Shown here: piece by piece, positions 41,464 to 52,323 of the stretch
How the letters are laid out: each line of letters opens with the position of its first letter
Position numbering within the stretch: position 1 is the stretch's first letter
DNA from: Candidatus Hydrogenedentota bacterium
GTDB taxonomy: Bacteria > Hydrogenedentota > Hydrogenedentia > Hydrogenedentales > SLHB01
Direction of reading: 5' to 3'
DNA: 64,000 bases
NCBI GenBank assembly: GCA_963668025.2
Contig: CAXXTH010000018.1
Span: forward strand, 384,001 to 448,000
Program-made: the position numbers and the translations under genes
Notes under the pieces: generated by a model
Told to the model about the DNA's origin: nothing
Database searches by the model: none
The model's input: only the letters and a program-made list of their open reading frames with translations

Positions 41464-44400
41464 TTACCCGTTGAACTTCTCGGCGCGGGCGATAAGCTTA
41501 TCCACGCCTTTTTCCGACCGGTCAGCCGGGAGGCCCGGGCTGATGCAGCGGGCCGCGCACTTTTCGGCCGCTTTCACGAGGTCTTTATACGGGCCGCCGT
41601 TCGCGTCTTTGATGCAGGCTTGTTTTTTCTCGTTCCACGCGAAGATGCTCGGATTCAACATGACACATTCGCCGCAACCCGTGCATTCATTCGAGTCGAG
41701 CCGAGGCGCCACATACCCATCATTACTCATTCCTGATTCTCCTTTGACTTCTTGTTTTGCTTGCACATTCGCCGCAGGGGCAGAAGCCGCCACGGACACC
41801 GGCAATACGGCGGAAACCGGAGCGCCGCTCATGCCAGCCATTTGCAGAAGGCCTTGGGCCAATTGCTGCGCGACTTCCGCCTTGGCCTGTTTCACGATGG
41901 CTGCCGTATCGACTTTTTCAGTCTTTCCGATCAACGAGCGCAACATGAGCCAGAAATCACGGCGGTCTTCCGTGGACCGGACGAGGGGCTTCGCGCAGAT
42001 CACCCGCGAGAGGCGCCCCTTCTTATCCACCGCCCACACGAACGGGAATTTGCCTTCCCGATCGTCTTCGGACAGCTCGATGAAGTCGGTCAGCGGAATC
42101 ATGTCATCGTTCCACGTATCGCGCGGGGCCATCTTGAAGTGCTTGCGGAAACGCGCCTCGGATAGGGCGAAGTCCGCAAACGACAGCGGCATGTTGAGGG
42201 CGCCCGGCTTGCCGTCTTCATCCACGTAGGACAGCGTATAGGATTGCCACATTTCATCCGCGGACGGATTGCCTTCCAAATCCAGGCATTCGGCATACGT
42301 CTTGCCCAAGTCCGGATTGTAGCGGAAAACGGGGTATGCGCGTGATTCGACGGCGAGTTTGGATTGATACTTCGCCAAATCGTCGCTGATGCCGTGCTCA
42401 GGCATGCAAGGCGCATAAATCGTAAACAGCGCCGGGCGCTTGCACATCAGGCCTTGAATGAAACCCTCGAGCAAGTGGCCCGTATTGGCCGTGCTGCCTT
42501 GCATGATGTAGCTGGTGCGATGGGCCATGCCGATAAGGCCCATCTCTTTCCGGATCTCTTCCTTGCCTTTGATGGCCTTGCCGAACTGCGCCATGTCAGA
42601 CACCTGGCCGAAGAAGCCCGAGGTGCAAGCCTGGCCGCCCGTGTTCGAATACACTTGCGTGTCCAGGCACATCACCTTGATGGGCTTGCCCGACATCATC
42701 ATGCGCGACAGGTTCTGGAAGCCAATGTCGAAGAGGGAGCCGTCGCCTCCGACCGCTACCACGGGCGGGCAGAGATAGAATTCCTCGTCGGTGAAATTGG
42801 TCCACTTGAAGTAGCGCAAGAATTCGTCGTGCTTCGCGGGATTATAACCGCCGTTCAACTCCAATTCCGCCATGCGGACAGCCTTGAAGCCTTCCGCCAT
42901 CTTGGACATATGGCCCTCGAAAATACCCATGGCCATCGAGGTGCAGTCTTGGAACAGGTGGTTCGTCCACGGGAACGGATACGGGTTGTACGGATAGGTG
43001 GAAGCCCATACCGAGGTGCAGCCAGTGGCATTGATGATGCCGCAATTTGAGCGGCCGCGACCGGTCTCACCCGTTGTATACTGCCAATGCAAATGTTTGA
43101 GGCGGGCGAGAATCTGCGTGACACGCTTGAGCCAGTCGCTATCGAGCGGCATGGCCACTTTATTCGCATCCAGCGCCGCCGTCAGGTTCGAGAGCGTCAT
43201 CTCTTGATCCCGCAGTGCGTCCATGGCCTTATCCATGGCTTGCGTATCGCTCACGTCCACCGATTCGGCCAGTTTCAAGCGCAAGTGCTTCTCGAGGCGC
43301 GCAATCAGCTCCTCGAGTTTCGCCACATGGGCCTTCACTCGAGGCTGCATCAAGGCTTCGACCACGCTCGTGAATAGATGCATGATCGTCTTTTCGCCGC
43401 AGCCCAGGCACGCGCCGTCGCCGCCCACGATGCTCTTATAGACTTTCTTGTCAAGCAAGATGGTTTCAAGAGCGCCCACGCCTTCATCGAGGTCATCCAC
43501 GCGGACGTACTCAGGCTTCGTGGTCGGCAATTCAAGCCAGAATTCCCAATTGGCCCGCAATTTATCAAGGCTGTCGGGCGTCTGGGTCACCATCGAAATA
43601 GCGTCTTCCGGACACACTTGGACGCATTCGCGGCAGGCTTTGCAGGTATACGGATCCACGGTGATGGACAGCAATCCGCCACTACCCTTGGCTTGTTTTT
43701 CATTGAGGCTGAAATACGGCTTCGTGATGGCGAATTTGAAGTCTGTGAGGATATTCAGCCACTGGCCGATTTCCTTCTCGAGTTCCGCTTTGTCATCGCC
43801 CTTAAGCGGCGTCTGCTCGAGCAAATCTTCCACCACCGCCGCCAGATGCTTCTGTACGGAATCGCTCTCGGAACCCGCCGCGATCCGGTCGCGAAGCGAT
43901 TTTTCGAGAGCACTGACAGCCCGGCGCAGGTGCTTGGTTTTGCCTCCGTCTTTCTCGATGCGCGCAATAGCCGTCTCGAACACATCGCCAATGGTGTTCA
44001 CTAAGCCCGGCAAGCTTGAATCAGGGCAGATGGTCCAGCAGCTTCCGCAGCCCGTACACTTCTCGGCATTCCACACGGGATGCTCGAAACGGATGCCGGC
44101 CATGTCACGGAACACGCCCGTAGCGGCCGGAATGCAGCTCATGCTGATGAACGGATCGGTCAGGTTATCATTGCCTTGGCCGGTAGCGTAGAAATTGCCC
44201 GTCTGCTCCCAGAAGCGGTGGATATCCGTCGTAGGCGCATCGCCTTTCGGAATTTGCTTGAGCATGATGGGCAACGCGGCCTCTTTGCGCACATTTTCGC
44301 TGGCCTTGTCCGACAGTTTCTTGCTCGTGATCTCTTTGACTTCCACGAAGCCGCGCTGCACGACCTTGAGGTTGTCGTCCACGATGCGGCGGCCTTTGGC

Positions 44401-46419
44401 CCCGAATTTGTGTTCGAGCTGTTCCTCGATGGCCTTCATGAGCTTCTCATCCGTCAGCTTGGCCTGTTCCATGATTGGCGAAGCCGCGAAGAACGCGCCC
44501 ATGAACGCAATGCCTTGCATGCGGAACTCGAGTTCGGGATTCGATGCTACCTGGCGGGCGATCTTGAAGCCGTCGACAAAGAATACCCGGATATCATTTT
44601 CGATGATGATCTGCTGATACCGGCGCGGGATCTGCTCTTCCCACACAAGCTGCTGATCTTCATGTTCACTCTGAATAATGAACACGCCGCCCTTCTTGAG
44701 GCCCGCGAGCGCATTCGAGTGATTGAACACATTGGGATCCGGCGAGAGCACTACGTCCACGTAGAAATACTCGTTGTTCATGCGGATGGGCTCGGGTGAC
44801 GCCGCCAAATAGTATGTCGTCGGCTGGCCTTTTTTCTCCGAACCGTATTTTGGATTGGCCTTAATGTGATACCCCAGCAAATCAAAGAGGGTCATCGCCA
44901 GGTTCTTGCCGGTAGTGATGGCGCCCCAGCCTCCAATCGAGTGGAAGCGCGCCGTGATGCTGCCCTGCGGCATCAGGTTCGGATTCTCGCTGCCGCGAAC
45001 GGACAGGTCGTTGATATTCGGATACGCCTCAAGGATCTGCTGTTGATAGATCTCTTGCTTAGGCGTGAACGCCTTTTCACGGGTGAAATCGATGCCCAGG
45101 TAGAACATCTTTCTCTGCTTGCCATCGGGCAGCATGTTCTCGACCGAACCAATGATGGATTCGGGCTGGGTGTCGCGGCTGCCCATGCCGAAGGACGCCG
45201 AGTAGAGCGCGGGGAGATCTTCCTGGTTCTTGAAGGTGTCATAACCCGGATACGGCGCGGCTTTGCCGTTCTTGCGGCTGTTCTCGATGCACTTCGCCAA
45301 AGTCGCGCGCACTTCGCGAATGACCGGCAAATCTTCGGCAAGAGGCTGGTCGGTGCGTTCGAGCACGCAGACACCCTTTTTGCCTTTCAGGATCGGAGCG
45401 AGAATGTCGCCTGGGAAGGGGCGGAACATCGAGAGGTTCACCACGCCGACCTTGATGCCCCGCGTCTCGCGGAGGTAATCGGCGACGGCTTCGCAACTCG
45501 GCACGACGCTGCCCTGTCCCATGAGCAAGTAATCGGCGTCATCCGCCTTATAGGTGGATACGCGGCGGTAGCGGCGGCCGGTGAGCTTGTAGAATTCTTC
45601 CATGGCCAAGTCGGTCAGTTCCGCCACATGGTCAAAGAAGAACGGGCGTTGGGCGGCCACGCTCTGCATGTAGGCGTCTTGATTCTGTACCGTGCCCGCC
45701 ATGACCGGATTATCGATCGTCCATAGTTCGGGGATGCGGCGGCGGCGCGGTCCGAAGAGGAGCTTCTGGGCGGGCGTGGGCGTATCAATGATGTCTTCCG
45801 GCAAGCCCAGGTATTCCGCGATGAGTTCGCGCTCGGGAAGCATGAAAGACTCGATCAGGTGGGTGGTCAGGAAGCCGTCTTGGCCCACGATGCCGGGCGT
45901 CAAGGCCAGCTCGGCGATGCGGTGGGCGATGATGTTCAGGTCGCACACCTCTTGCACATTCTTGCCCATGACCTGGAAGAAGCCCGTATCGTCCACGGCG
46001 TGGTAATCGTCATGGCCGGCATGCACGTTCAAGGTCGATTTTGTAATGGCGCGGCAGCCCATGTTGAGCACATAGGTCAGGCGCTTGCCCACGGCCGCAT
46101 ACAGCGACTCGTGCATGTAGGCGATGCCTTGGCCCGACGAGAAATTGGTCGAGCGCAGGCCTGTCATGGACAAGCCAGCGGTGACCGCCGCGGCGGCATG
46201 CTCGCCTTCGGGTTCGATGAAGATCAAGGGCCGGCCTGAGATATTAATATGCCCGGCCGCCGCCTCTTCGGCCCAATACTCGCCCATCTGGGTAGAGGGG
46301 GTGATGGGATAGGCGCCCGCGGCGTCAGTTGATTCGCGCTCGCACATGATCACGGCGGTATTGCCGTCCATGGCCTCGCGAATGCCCGGATACTTGAACT
46401 CGCTGCTCTTCTCTTTCAT
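41464..46419 (-). CDS. Homodimeric-type pyruvate:ferredoxin oxidoreductase (NifJ/Por-like), enlarged, with an extra C-terminal ferredoxin
   Basis: YPITPS, YGSEKKG, two CxxCxxCxxxCP motifs, ACLGCGE, NATGC, GGDG...YSNTGGQ (TPP); C-terminal CTGCGEC...CAARC. Confidence 0.92.
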   Translation of the reverse strand: MKEKSSEFKYPGIREAMDGNTAVIMCERESTDAAGAYPITPSTQMGEYWAEEAAAGHINISGRPLIFIEPEGEHAAAAVTAGLSMTGLRSTNFSSGQGIAYMHESLYAAVGKRLTYVLNMGCRAITKSTLNVHAGHDDYHAVDDTGFFQVMGKNVQEVCDLNIIAHRIAELALTPGIVGQDGFLTTHLIESFMLPERELIAEYLGLPEDIIDTPTPAQKLLFGPRRRRIPELWTIDNPVMAGTVQNQDAYMQSVAAQRPFFFDHVAELTDLAMEEFYKLTGRRYRRVSTYKADDADYLLMGQGSVVPSCEAVADYLRETRGIKVGVVNLSMFRPFPGDILAPILKGKKGVCVLERTDQPLAEDLPVIREVRATLAKCIENSRKNGKAAPYPGYDTFKNQEDLPALYSASFGMGSRDTQPESIIGSVENMLPDGKQRKMFYLGIDFTREKAFTPKQEIYQQQILEAYPNINDLSVRGSENPNLMPQGSITARFHSIGGWGAITTGKNLAMTLFDLLGYHIKANPKYGSEKKGQPTTYYLAASPEPIRMNNEYFYVDVVLSPDPNVFNHSNALAGLKKGGVFIIQSEHEDQQLVWEEQIPRRYQQIIIENDIRVFFVDGFKIARQVASNPELEFRMQGIAFMGAFFAASPIMEQAKLTDEKLMKAIEEQLEHKFGAKGRRIVDDNLKVVQRGFVEVKEITSKKLSDKASENVRKEAALPIMLKQIPKGDAPTTDIHRFWEQTGNFYATGQGNDNLTDPFISMSCIPAATGVFRDMAGIRFEHPVWNAEKCTGCGSCWTICPDSSLPGLVNTIGDVFETAIARIEKDGGKTKHLRRAVSALEKSLRDRIAAGSESDSVQKHLAAVVEDLLEQTPLKGDDKAELEKEIGQWLNILTDFKFAITKPYFSLNEKQAKGSGGLLSITVDPYTCKACRECVQVCPEDAISMVTQTPDSLDKLRANWEFWLELPTTKPEYVRVDDLDEGVGALETILLDKKVYKSIVGGDGACLGCGEKTIMHLFTSVVEALMQPRVKAHVAKLEELIARLEKHLRLKLAESVDVSDTQAMDKAMDALRDQEMTLSNLTAALDANKVAMPLDSDWLKRVTQILARLKHLHWQYTTGETGRGRSNCGIINATGCTSVWASTYPYNPYPFPWTNHLFQDCTSMAMGIFEGHMSKMAEGFKAVRMAELELNGGYNPAKHDEFLRYFKWTNFTDEEFYLCPPVVAVGGDGSLFDIGFQNLSRMMMSGKPIKVMCLDTQVYSNTGGQACTSGFFGQVSDMAQFGKAIKGKEEIRKEMGLIGMAHRTSYIMQGSTANTGHLLEGFIQGLMCKRPALFTIYAPCMPEHGISDDLAKYQSKLAVESRAYPVFRYNPDLGKTYAECLDLEGNPSADEMWQSYTLSYVDEDGKPGALNMPLSFADFALSEARFRKHFKMAPRDTWNDDMIPLTDFIELSEDDREGKFPFVWAVDKKGRLSRVICAKPLVRSTEDRRDFWLMLRSLIGKTEKVDTAAIVKQAKAEVAQQLAQGLLQMAGMSGAPVSAVLPVSVAASAPAANVQAKQEVKGESGMSNDGYVAPRLDSNECTGCGECVMLNPSIFAWNEKKQACIKDANGGPYKDLVKAAEKCAARCISPGLPADRSEKGVDKLIARAEKFNG

Positions 46420-46525
46420 TGCCTCACCTTTGCTTGGTTGATGGTACATTCCCAGCCCCCTTTCGGGGCGCTGTGACTCTATATCCTTGACACATATGAA
46501 CTTGGTTATGATTTGGCGCTACGGC

Positions 46526-47398
46526 TCACCGGCCTATTGGAATCGGATTCTTTCGCAGCACAGGGCGCGCCGCCGCTCCTTTAATGGCGCCTTTCTCATC
46601 ATCCAGCCAGACAATCGCGCCCGTGGGACAGCGCTGGATAATGGACGGGTCCGACAAATGGTTTCGGCTGTACTCTATCGTGGCCAAATTGTTCTTAATG
46701 GTGATAAGCCCTTCGGGCGCGTCCATGGCGCAGCGCCCACAACCGGTGCAGGCCACTTCGCATTCCCGCTCGGCCTGTTCGCCGCGCGTTTGGCTCATGC
46801 AGGCCACCCACAGGCGGTGGCTAAGGGGATGAATCGAGAACAATCCGCGCGGGCACGCCTCGACGCATGCGCCGCATGCCGTACATTTCTCGATATCCAC
46901 CACGGGCAGCCCATGGGCATTCATCTGAATCGCGCCGAAATTGCATGAAACCTTGCAGTCGCTCAAACCCAGACAGCCCCAGGCGCAACCTTTTCCGCCG
47001 CCCGCCACCAACACCGCCGCCGTACAGGACTGCATCCCTTTATATTGGGCGCGGAACCGCGACACATGGCGTCCACCCGCACAAGCGAGCCGTGCGACGC
47101 GCTTTTCTTCTTGCCCGACCTTGACACCCAGGTACTCCGCGATGGCGGACTTCATCTCCGCACTATTCACGGGGCAGCGCCCCGGCGAGACTTCGCCCTT
47201 CACCGCTGCTTCCGCGAATGCACGGCATCCCGCCAAGCCGCAAGCGCCGCAATTGGCTTTCGGAAGCATTTCCTCGACTTCGTCAAACCGGGGATCTTCG
47301 AAGACATAGAGCTTCTTATTGGCAAATGCTATCAAGGCCGAAAGGCCTAAACCTAGACCTGCCATGACCAATCCAGCCGTTATTAATTCAGCTATCAT
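46526..47398 (-). CDS. rnfB: Rnf subunit B
   Basis: N-terminal TM, LPKANCGACGLAGC, GCLGLSDC, CTACGACVEACP. Confidence 0.92.
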   Translation of the reverse strand: MIAELITAGLVMAGLGLGLSALIAFANKKLYVFEDPRFDEVEEMLPKANCGACGLAGCRAFAEAAVKGEVSPGRCPVNSAEMKSAIAEYLGVKVGQEEKRVARLACAGGRHVSRFRAQYKGMQSCTAAVLVAGGGKGCAWGCLGLSDCKVSCNFGAIQMNAHGLPVVDIEKCTACGACVEACPRGLFSIHPLSHRLWVACMSQTRGEQAERECEVACTGCGRCAMDAPEGLITIKNNLATIEYSRNHLSDPSIIQRCPTGAIVWLDDEKGAIKGAAARPVLRKNPIPIGR

Positions 47399-47471
47399 TG
47401 TTTCTCACCTGAGTGATGACATCGAGATACCCAGAAGGTCCACACCTACAATTGATACTCCTTCAGAATAG

Positions 47472-47487
47472 AGCAACTTTAATGCCA
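47472..47487 (-). promoter_or_regulatory. Sigma54 (-24/-12) promoter upstream of rnfB
   Basis: TGGCATTAAAGTTGCT has the exact GG-N10-GC spacing, about 75 bp upstream of the start codon. Confidence 0.7.
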
Positions 47488-47660
47488 TGGAAAGAGATTT
47501 ATGCGTAACATACTGAACACATTATAGTTGCCTGGTAAAAGACCATCCAGATAAGGGAGCTATACCCTAAAATTGCGCACAATCAGGACAGATCTGCTGA
47601 GTACAATTGTGTCCTGGCTATTAAAAGACACTTTTTTCACCCAGCCTTAAAAATGTTGAC

Positions 47661-47685
47661 GGGAGAGACCAAAACGATCTCTCCC
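47661..47685 (-). terminator. Putative terminator after the BACON/vWA gene
   Basis: gggagaga...tctctccc hairpin, with a T-rich tract shortly downstream on the minus strand. Confidence 0.45.
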
Positions 47686-47710
47686 CTCGGAAAGGTGGCG
47701 TTACCGCTTG

Positions 47711-50700
47711 TCAAACTGTCAGCGACACGGTGAATGTGGTGGTTCCTCCGTTGCTGGTTGCCTGCAAAGTTTGGCTATATGTTCCAGCCACAAGGCCCGC
47801 GCGCGACACGGCGACATGCACGGTCGAAGCCGCGTCGCCCGTTATGCCGCTGCTGGGTGTGATGGAGGTAATCCATGCCGCCAGCGGGCTGCCGTCGGCT
47901 GTCGAGATGGACCAATTCAAATCCCCTTGGCCCACGTTCGAGATGGTGTAATCCAAGGTATCTATTGTAGTTCCGAAATCAAGAGACGCCGGGCTGGCCA
48001 ATATAATCGCGGAACCATCCACTTGCATATAGATGGTCACGGTTGCGTCACCGCCGTTCGTCAATATAGTGAGAGATTGTTGATAGTCTCCCACGGGGAG
48101 ATCCCGCCGGTTAATGCCGATGATGAGATACGCTATGGTGCTCGATGAGCGGGCAGGATCCAATGTGAGTGTCAACCACGAGGGCAGCACTCCGCCTCCC
48201 GTGGGCTGGACCAGATAGGACAATGTGCTCTGCCCCACGTTGGTCAATACGAGATCCTGGTTTACCGTAGCTGCGCCCATGTCGAATTCCACGGCATTGA
48301 CATTCAACACGGGACCGCTCACTTTGCCTCGGACGCCCACCATCGCGGTTCCAGTGATATCCACCTCTCCGGAAACGTAATCGAAGTAAATCAACCCATA
48401 ATACTCTCCCGGATTAATAGAGCGGTCGAATCGGACTCCAAGTGAGCCTTGGGTTTCCTGATCGTCCAACGTGAGCTCAGGCTCCGCGATATCAGCGCCA
48501 GTCACTGAATCGTAGAAGGTGATGTAATCAGGCTTCGAACGGACAGTAATGGTTACCGTTTTGGCGCCGCCAACAATTCCCACGCCAGAATTTGTGAACG
48601 CTAGAATGGCATCCTCCATGCTCGAGCCATAATCGATGACCGTCTCATCAGTCATCACCAGCGGAAGCGCGGGAGCCACGGCCCCAGCCAGGGTGACATA
48701 CAAGGTGTCGGCATACACAAAGGTCTTCGGATCAAGCGGCAGCGGGTCATCCGGTGCGCCATCATCATCCAAATCGAGGTAGATGGAATCATCCACCGTA
48801 AGCTGTTCCATGAACCGTGTCATGCCCGCCGGAGGCGAAAGCATAAACTGGACGAGATCACCAAACTCGCCATATCGAAGAGTGGCAGGCTCGCCATTCA
48901 CGAGCGGGGCTGTTAAGTCGATTTGATACCGGTATTTGCTCAGCGTCGTGACTGTTATGCCCCAATCACTTGTGATGCCGCCCGCATCGGCGGGAACCAA
49001 CTGGATATCAGACGCCGGATTGGCCAGCGCCACGGCACTATTGATGACAAAGCGGAACTTGGAAATCTCACGCGGGGTGTTATCACAGCGGATAATGACC
49101 TTAGCAGCTCCGTTTTGGATGCCGGAAGAACGCATCGAGATTTGCCCGACACGCACATCACCTATTGCGCTCTCGAAATCGATCACCTGCGTATCGAAAG
49201 AGCCGGGAAGCAAGCGATCATCCGCATCCGTCCGATCTGGATCGATAGCCGCGTTCACACGCACCGGCACGCCAACATCCTCGCTGAGCGATACGTAACA
49301 CAGCGCCATGTATTTAGATAGATCCTGCCGTGCAAGCTGAATTTTGCCCGGAAGCGGCAGGCCTAGCCTGTCTTCTTCGGCGTTATATTTCATGATATTG
49401 TCGGGAAGAATAGGTTCCGGCTGCGTCGAGCCATCATATGCGGCATTAACTAAAACGGATTCACTGGCCACCGTGCCCGCATCGCCTTGCGCGGGGTAGT
49501 AATGGCCGCCCGTGTTCGCGGCGATGCGCGCCATAGGCTCGCTATTCACCCCATCGCCCCAGCCTACCGCGTATAGGTTGACGCCAGACGATTGCAGCGA
49601 AGTAATGAGTAACTCCAGATTACCGGGTGGTGTGGTCAATTGGCCATCCGAAATCAAGAAGACCGCTTTCACATCGGCATTATCGAACGGCGTCAGCGGA
49701 TAATCTTCCTCCACTAACACTTCTTCCGCCCGGTACAGCGCAGGCACAAGCGGTGTCGCGCCATGCTCTTGAATGCTCACTTCCGACAGCGCATCTAGAA
49801 CCAATTGCCGGTCTTCCGTGAAGTCCTGCAATAGCCGCGCTTCCTGGCTGCGATCATGGTATTCCATGAGAGCAAAGCGGTAGGACAATGGCATGAATCC
49901 GGGCGAAGATGACACATTTCCTGCCGGGGTTTCACGTAGAAATTCCGCCACGAGCCGTTCATATAAGCGTTGCAGCGGATCGCCATCCGCTCCAAACACT
50001 TGCTCCGCAGCAGCCACCATACTGGCGCTATAATCGAGCAGGATGACGATATTAACCCGCAATTTGCTGCCGTCTATGACGAATTGATTGGTCTCTGTTT
50101 CAATCAGCGGCACATCATCTTCAATAATGGTGAACGAACTATCGTCATCTAGTGGATTGAGCGCTAATGGATCTAGATAGAAACCTTCATCGCGGATATT
50201 GCGCATGACAAACGGGAAGCGTACTTGCGACGGCACGCGCAGATGCGCCGCAGGGCCCTCGAAAGCCAGCGGCGACACTTCGACGGAAACACTAAAGGAT
50301 TGTTCCTCGATTTCAGGATTGATCTCGAGAGCGGCGGTTTCCGCATACACGGTAACGGTGTCTTGCGTCCCGAGGCCGCGCAATGCATACCGGTCCACGG
50401 CCACGCTCACTTCTTGCCAGTCCAGCGGTTCCGATTTGCCAATGCTCTCGCCACGGTTCGGGCTGAAGAACAGCCATTTATTCGAGTCGGGCTTAGTGGC
50501 CAGGAAACGCAGCAGCGTTCCATAATCGCCATCATTGGCCACTTGAAAACTACTGATCAAATCCGTGGACTTGATAATCAGTTCCTCGTCCGGATTGGTC
50601 GCGATACTCTCACGGGCAGGCACTTGTATCTCTATTTTCAGCGTCACCGTGCGGTCGGAGGATTGGAGCGTCGTCTCGTATGGATACGTGCCCGCACTCA

Positions 50701-52309
50701 GGCCTTTTCGAGTCACCGTCACTTCGACGGCGCTCTGCGTTCCCGGCGAAAGCGGCGTGATCGATGAATTGGGCTGGAATCCCACGAGCCAATCCGGCAT
50801 ATCGGTGGTATTAATGCTCCAGGTCAAATCGCCATTGGCGGTGGCGTCATTGCCGATGGTAAATGTCGCCGAAGTAGCTGTTTGGCCCAGAACTAATTTG
50901 TACACATCATTGGTGGTGTCATTTTCCGTCGCGTTCACGACCAGAATAGGATTCTCGGGAATGGTCATGGTCACTTGGACCAGCACTTGATTCAGCACTG
51001 CGCCATTCCCATCCGTCGCGTTAAACTGGATATAAGCGCTGTAATCTCCTGGCGTGAGCGTCCGGGTGACATCCACGAATACGCCTTGAGCCTCCGATGC
51101 CACAGTTCCGCTTTGCGGCGTGAAACTGAGCCATGCCGGGCTTCCCACGGCCTGGGCGGTCCAATTCACCTGGCCATCGCCGCCATTCGATACACTTACC
51201 GCTTTGCGGTTCACATACGCGCCAAAATGCAGCGCCGTGGGAGCCACCACCAGCCGTGGCCCCGCCACCTCCATATCAATAGTGACATTGATGGTTTGCG
51301 AGACAGCGCCACTCGTCCACTGCTGAATAGGCACGGTGGCCCGGTATTCGCCATCCGCGAGGCCTCCACGCGTAATAGTGGCTTGAATGGCTTGTTCGGC
51401 CCCAGCGGCCAGCGCGCCCGGCGCGGATGAGGGATTCAATGTGAGCCATGGTTCCACGTTTGGTGAATAGGACACGGTTCCAATGGACCAATCCAAGGCC
51501 GCCAGCCCCGCGTTTTTCACTTTGAATGATACAGAACCGCCCAATACGCCCGCATCTAGAGCCGTGGGCGAAACCGACAGCACCGGTGATGCGCCGGGCA
51601 CGGTAAGCGTGACGCGCACCGTGGCTTGCTGCGTTCCAGATGTGATGACAAGATCCGCGGTATAGAAGCCCGCGGATAAGCCGGTGCGGCTGGCCGTCAC
51701 CGTCACCTTGGTTTTGGAGCCCGGTTCGATGCTGCCCGATTTGGGCAGCACGCTGCTCAGCCATGTGGCGTCTGCAGGGACAGCCAAGGTCCAGGCCAGC
51801 GTGGAACCACCCCCATTCTGGACGTTAAAACTGCCAGATACCGCTTCCGTGCCTAGATCAATTAAGGAAGTGTCTACGGACAGCGCAGCAGGCAATGGTG
51901 CGGTGATGCTGGCCGCCACGGTCTGCGTGCCGCCGTTTGACACCACGGTAAATTCCTCGGAAGTGGTTCCAGCGGGAATCAAATTCCGATCCGCATTGAG
52001 TGTAAGGATCTGCGTGCCCACATCCAGCGTGCCTTGGCTGGGAGATGCGGATAGCCACGCCGGGAGCCCGCTGACGGACCAGTTGAGCTGGCCGTTGCCC
52101 ATATTGGACAGCACCACGGATTTTGTAGCGGCTTGCGTGCCGAAATCCAGCGCAAGCGGAGAAACTTGCAGCAACGGCGTACTCGTGGGGCAGCCCCCTA
52201 CAGCCACGAGCACCAGGAGCAGCGCCCCTGTCAGTGTCCCGGTCCCGATGCGCCGCTTCGCATTACACGGCGCATATCTCGGTGTGTCGGACATGTGCGG
52301 CATTGGCAT
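47711..52309 (-). CDS. Large lipoprotein: multiple BACON-like Ig repeats plus a vWA domain
   Basis: VAVGGC lipobox-like; repeated LDFG..N.G..L.W...WL units; MIDAS LLDYSASM, GATP, LISDG, TGGHYY. Confidence 0.82.
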   Translation of the reverse strand: MPMPHMSDTPRYAPCNAKRRIGTGTLTGALLLVLVAVGGCPTSTPLLQVSPLALDFGTQAATKSVVLSNMGNGQLNWSVSGLPAWLSASPSQGTLDVGTQILTLNADRNLIPAGTTSEEFTVVSNGGTQTVAASITAPLPAALSVDTSLIDLGTEAVSGSFNVQNGGGSTLAWTLAVPADATWLSSVLPKSGSIEPGSKTKVTVTASRTGLSAGFYTADLVITSGTQQATVRVTLTVPGASPVLSVSPTALDAGVLGGSVSFKVKNAGLAALDWSIGTVSYSPNVEPWLTLNPSSAPGALAAGAEQAIQATITRGGLADGEYRATVPIQQWTSGAVSQTINVTIDMEVAGPRLVVAPTALHFGAYVNRKAVSVSNGGDGQVNWTAQAVGSPAWLSFTPQSGTVASEAQGVFVDVTRTLTPGDYSAYIQFNATDGNGAVLNQVLVQVTMTIPENPILVVNATENDTTNDVYKLVLGQTATSATFTIGNDATANGDLTWSINTTDMPDWLVGFQPNSSITPLSPGTQSAVEVTVTRKGLSAGTYPYETTLQSSDRTVTLKIEIQVPARESIATNPDEELIIKSTDLISSFQVANDGDYGTLLRFLATKPDSNKWLFFSPNRGESIGKSEPLDWQEVSVAVDRYALRGLGTQDTVTVYAETAALEINPEIEEQSFSVSVEVSPLAFEGPAAHLRVPSQVRFPFVMRNIRDEGFYLDPLALNPLDDDSSFTIIEDDVPLIETETNQFVIDGSKLRVNIVILLDYSASMVAAAEQVFGADGDPLQRLYERLVAEFLRETPAGNVSSSPGFMPLSYRFALMEYHDRSQEARLLQDFTEDRQLVLDALSEVSIQEHGATPLVPALYRAEEVLVEEDYPLTPFDNADVKAVFLISDGQLTTPPGNLELLITSLQSSGVNLYAVGWGDGVNSEPMARIAANTGGHYYPAQGDAGTVASESVLVNAAYDGSTQPEPILPDNIMKYNAEEDRLGLPLPGKIQLARQDLSKYMALCYVSLSEDVGVPVRVNAAIDPDRTDADDRLLPGSFDTQVIDFESAIGDVRVGQISMRSSGIQNGAAKVIIRCDNTPREISKFRFVINSAVALANPASDIQLVPADAGGITSDWGITVTTLSKYRYQIDLTAPLVNGEPATLRYGEFGDLVQFMLSPPAGMTRFMEQLTVDDSIYLDLDDDGAPDDPLPLDPKTFVYADTLYVTLAGAVAPALPLVMTDETVIDYGSSMEDAILAFTNSGVGIVGGAKTVTITVRSKPDYITFYDSVTGADIAEPELTLDDQETQGSLGVRFDRSINPGEYYGLIYFDYVSGEVDITGTAMVGVRGKVSGPVLNVNAVEFDMGAATVNQDLVLTNVGQSTLSYLVQPTGGGVLPSWLTLTLDPARSSSTIAYLIIGINRRDLPVGDYQQSLTILTNGGDATVTIYMQVDGSAIILASPASLDFGTTIDTLDYTISNVGQGDLNWSISTADGSPLAAWITSITPSSGITGDAASTVHVAVSRAGLVAGTYSQTLQATSNGGTTTFTVSLTV

Positions 52310-52323
52310 TTCCTCATGGTTTC

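Noticed and set aside
41471-46312. Many long plus-strand ORFs opposite PFOR
   Set aside because: These are antisense shadows of a GC-biased gene and carry no recognisable motifs.
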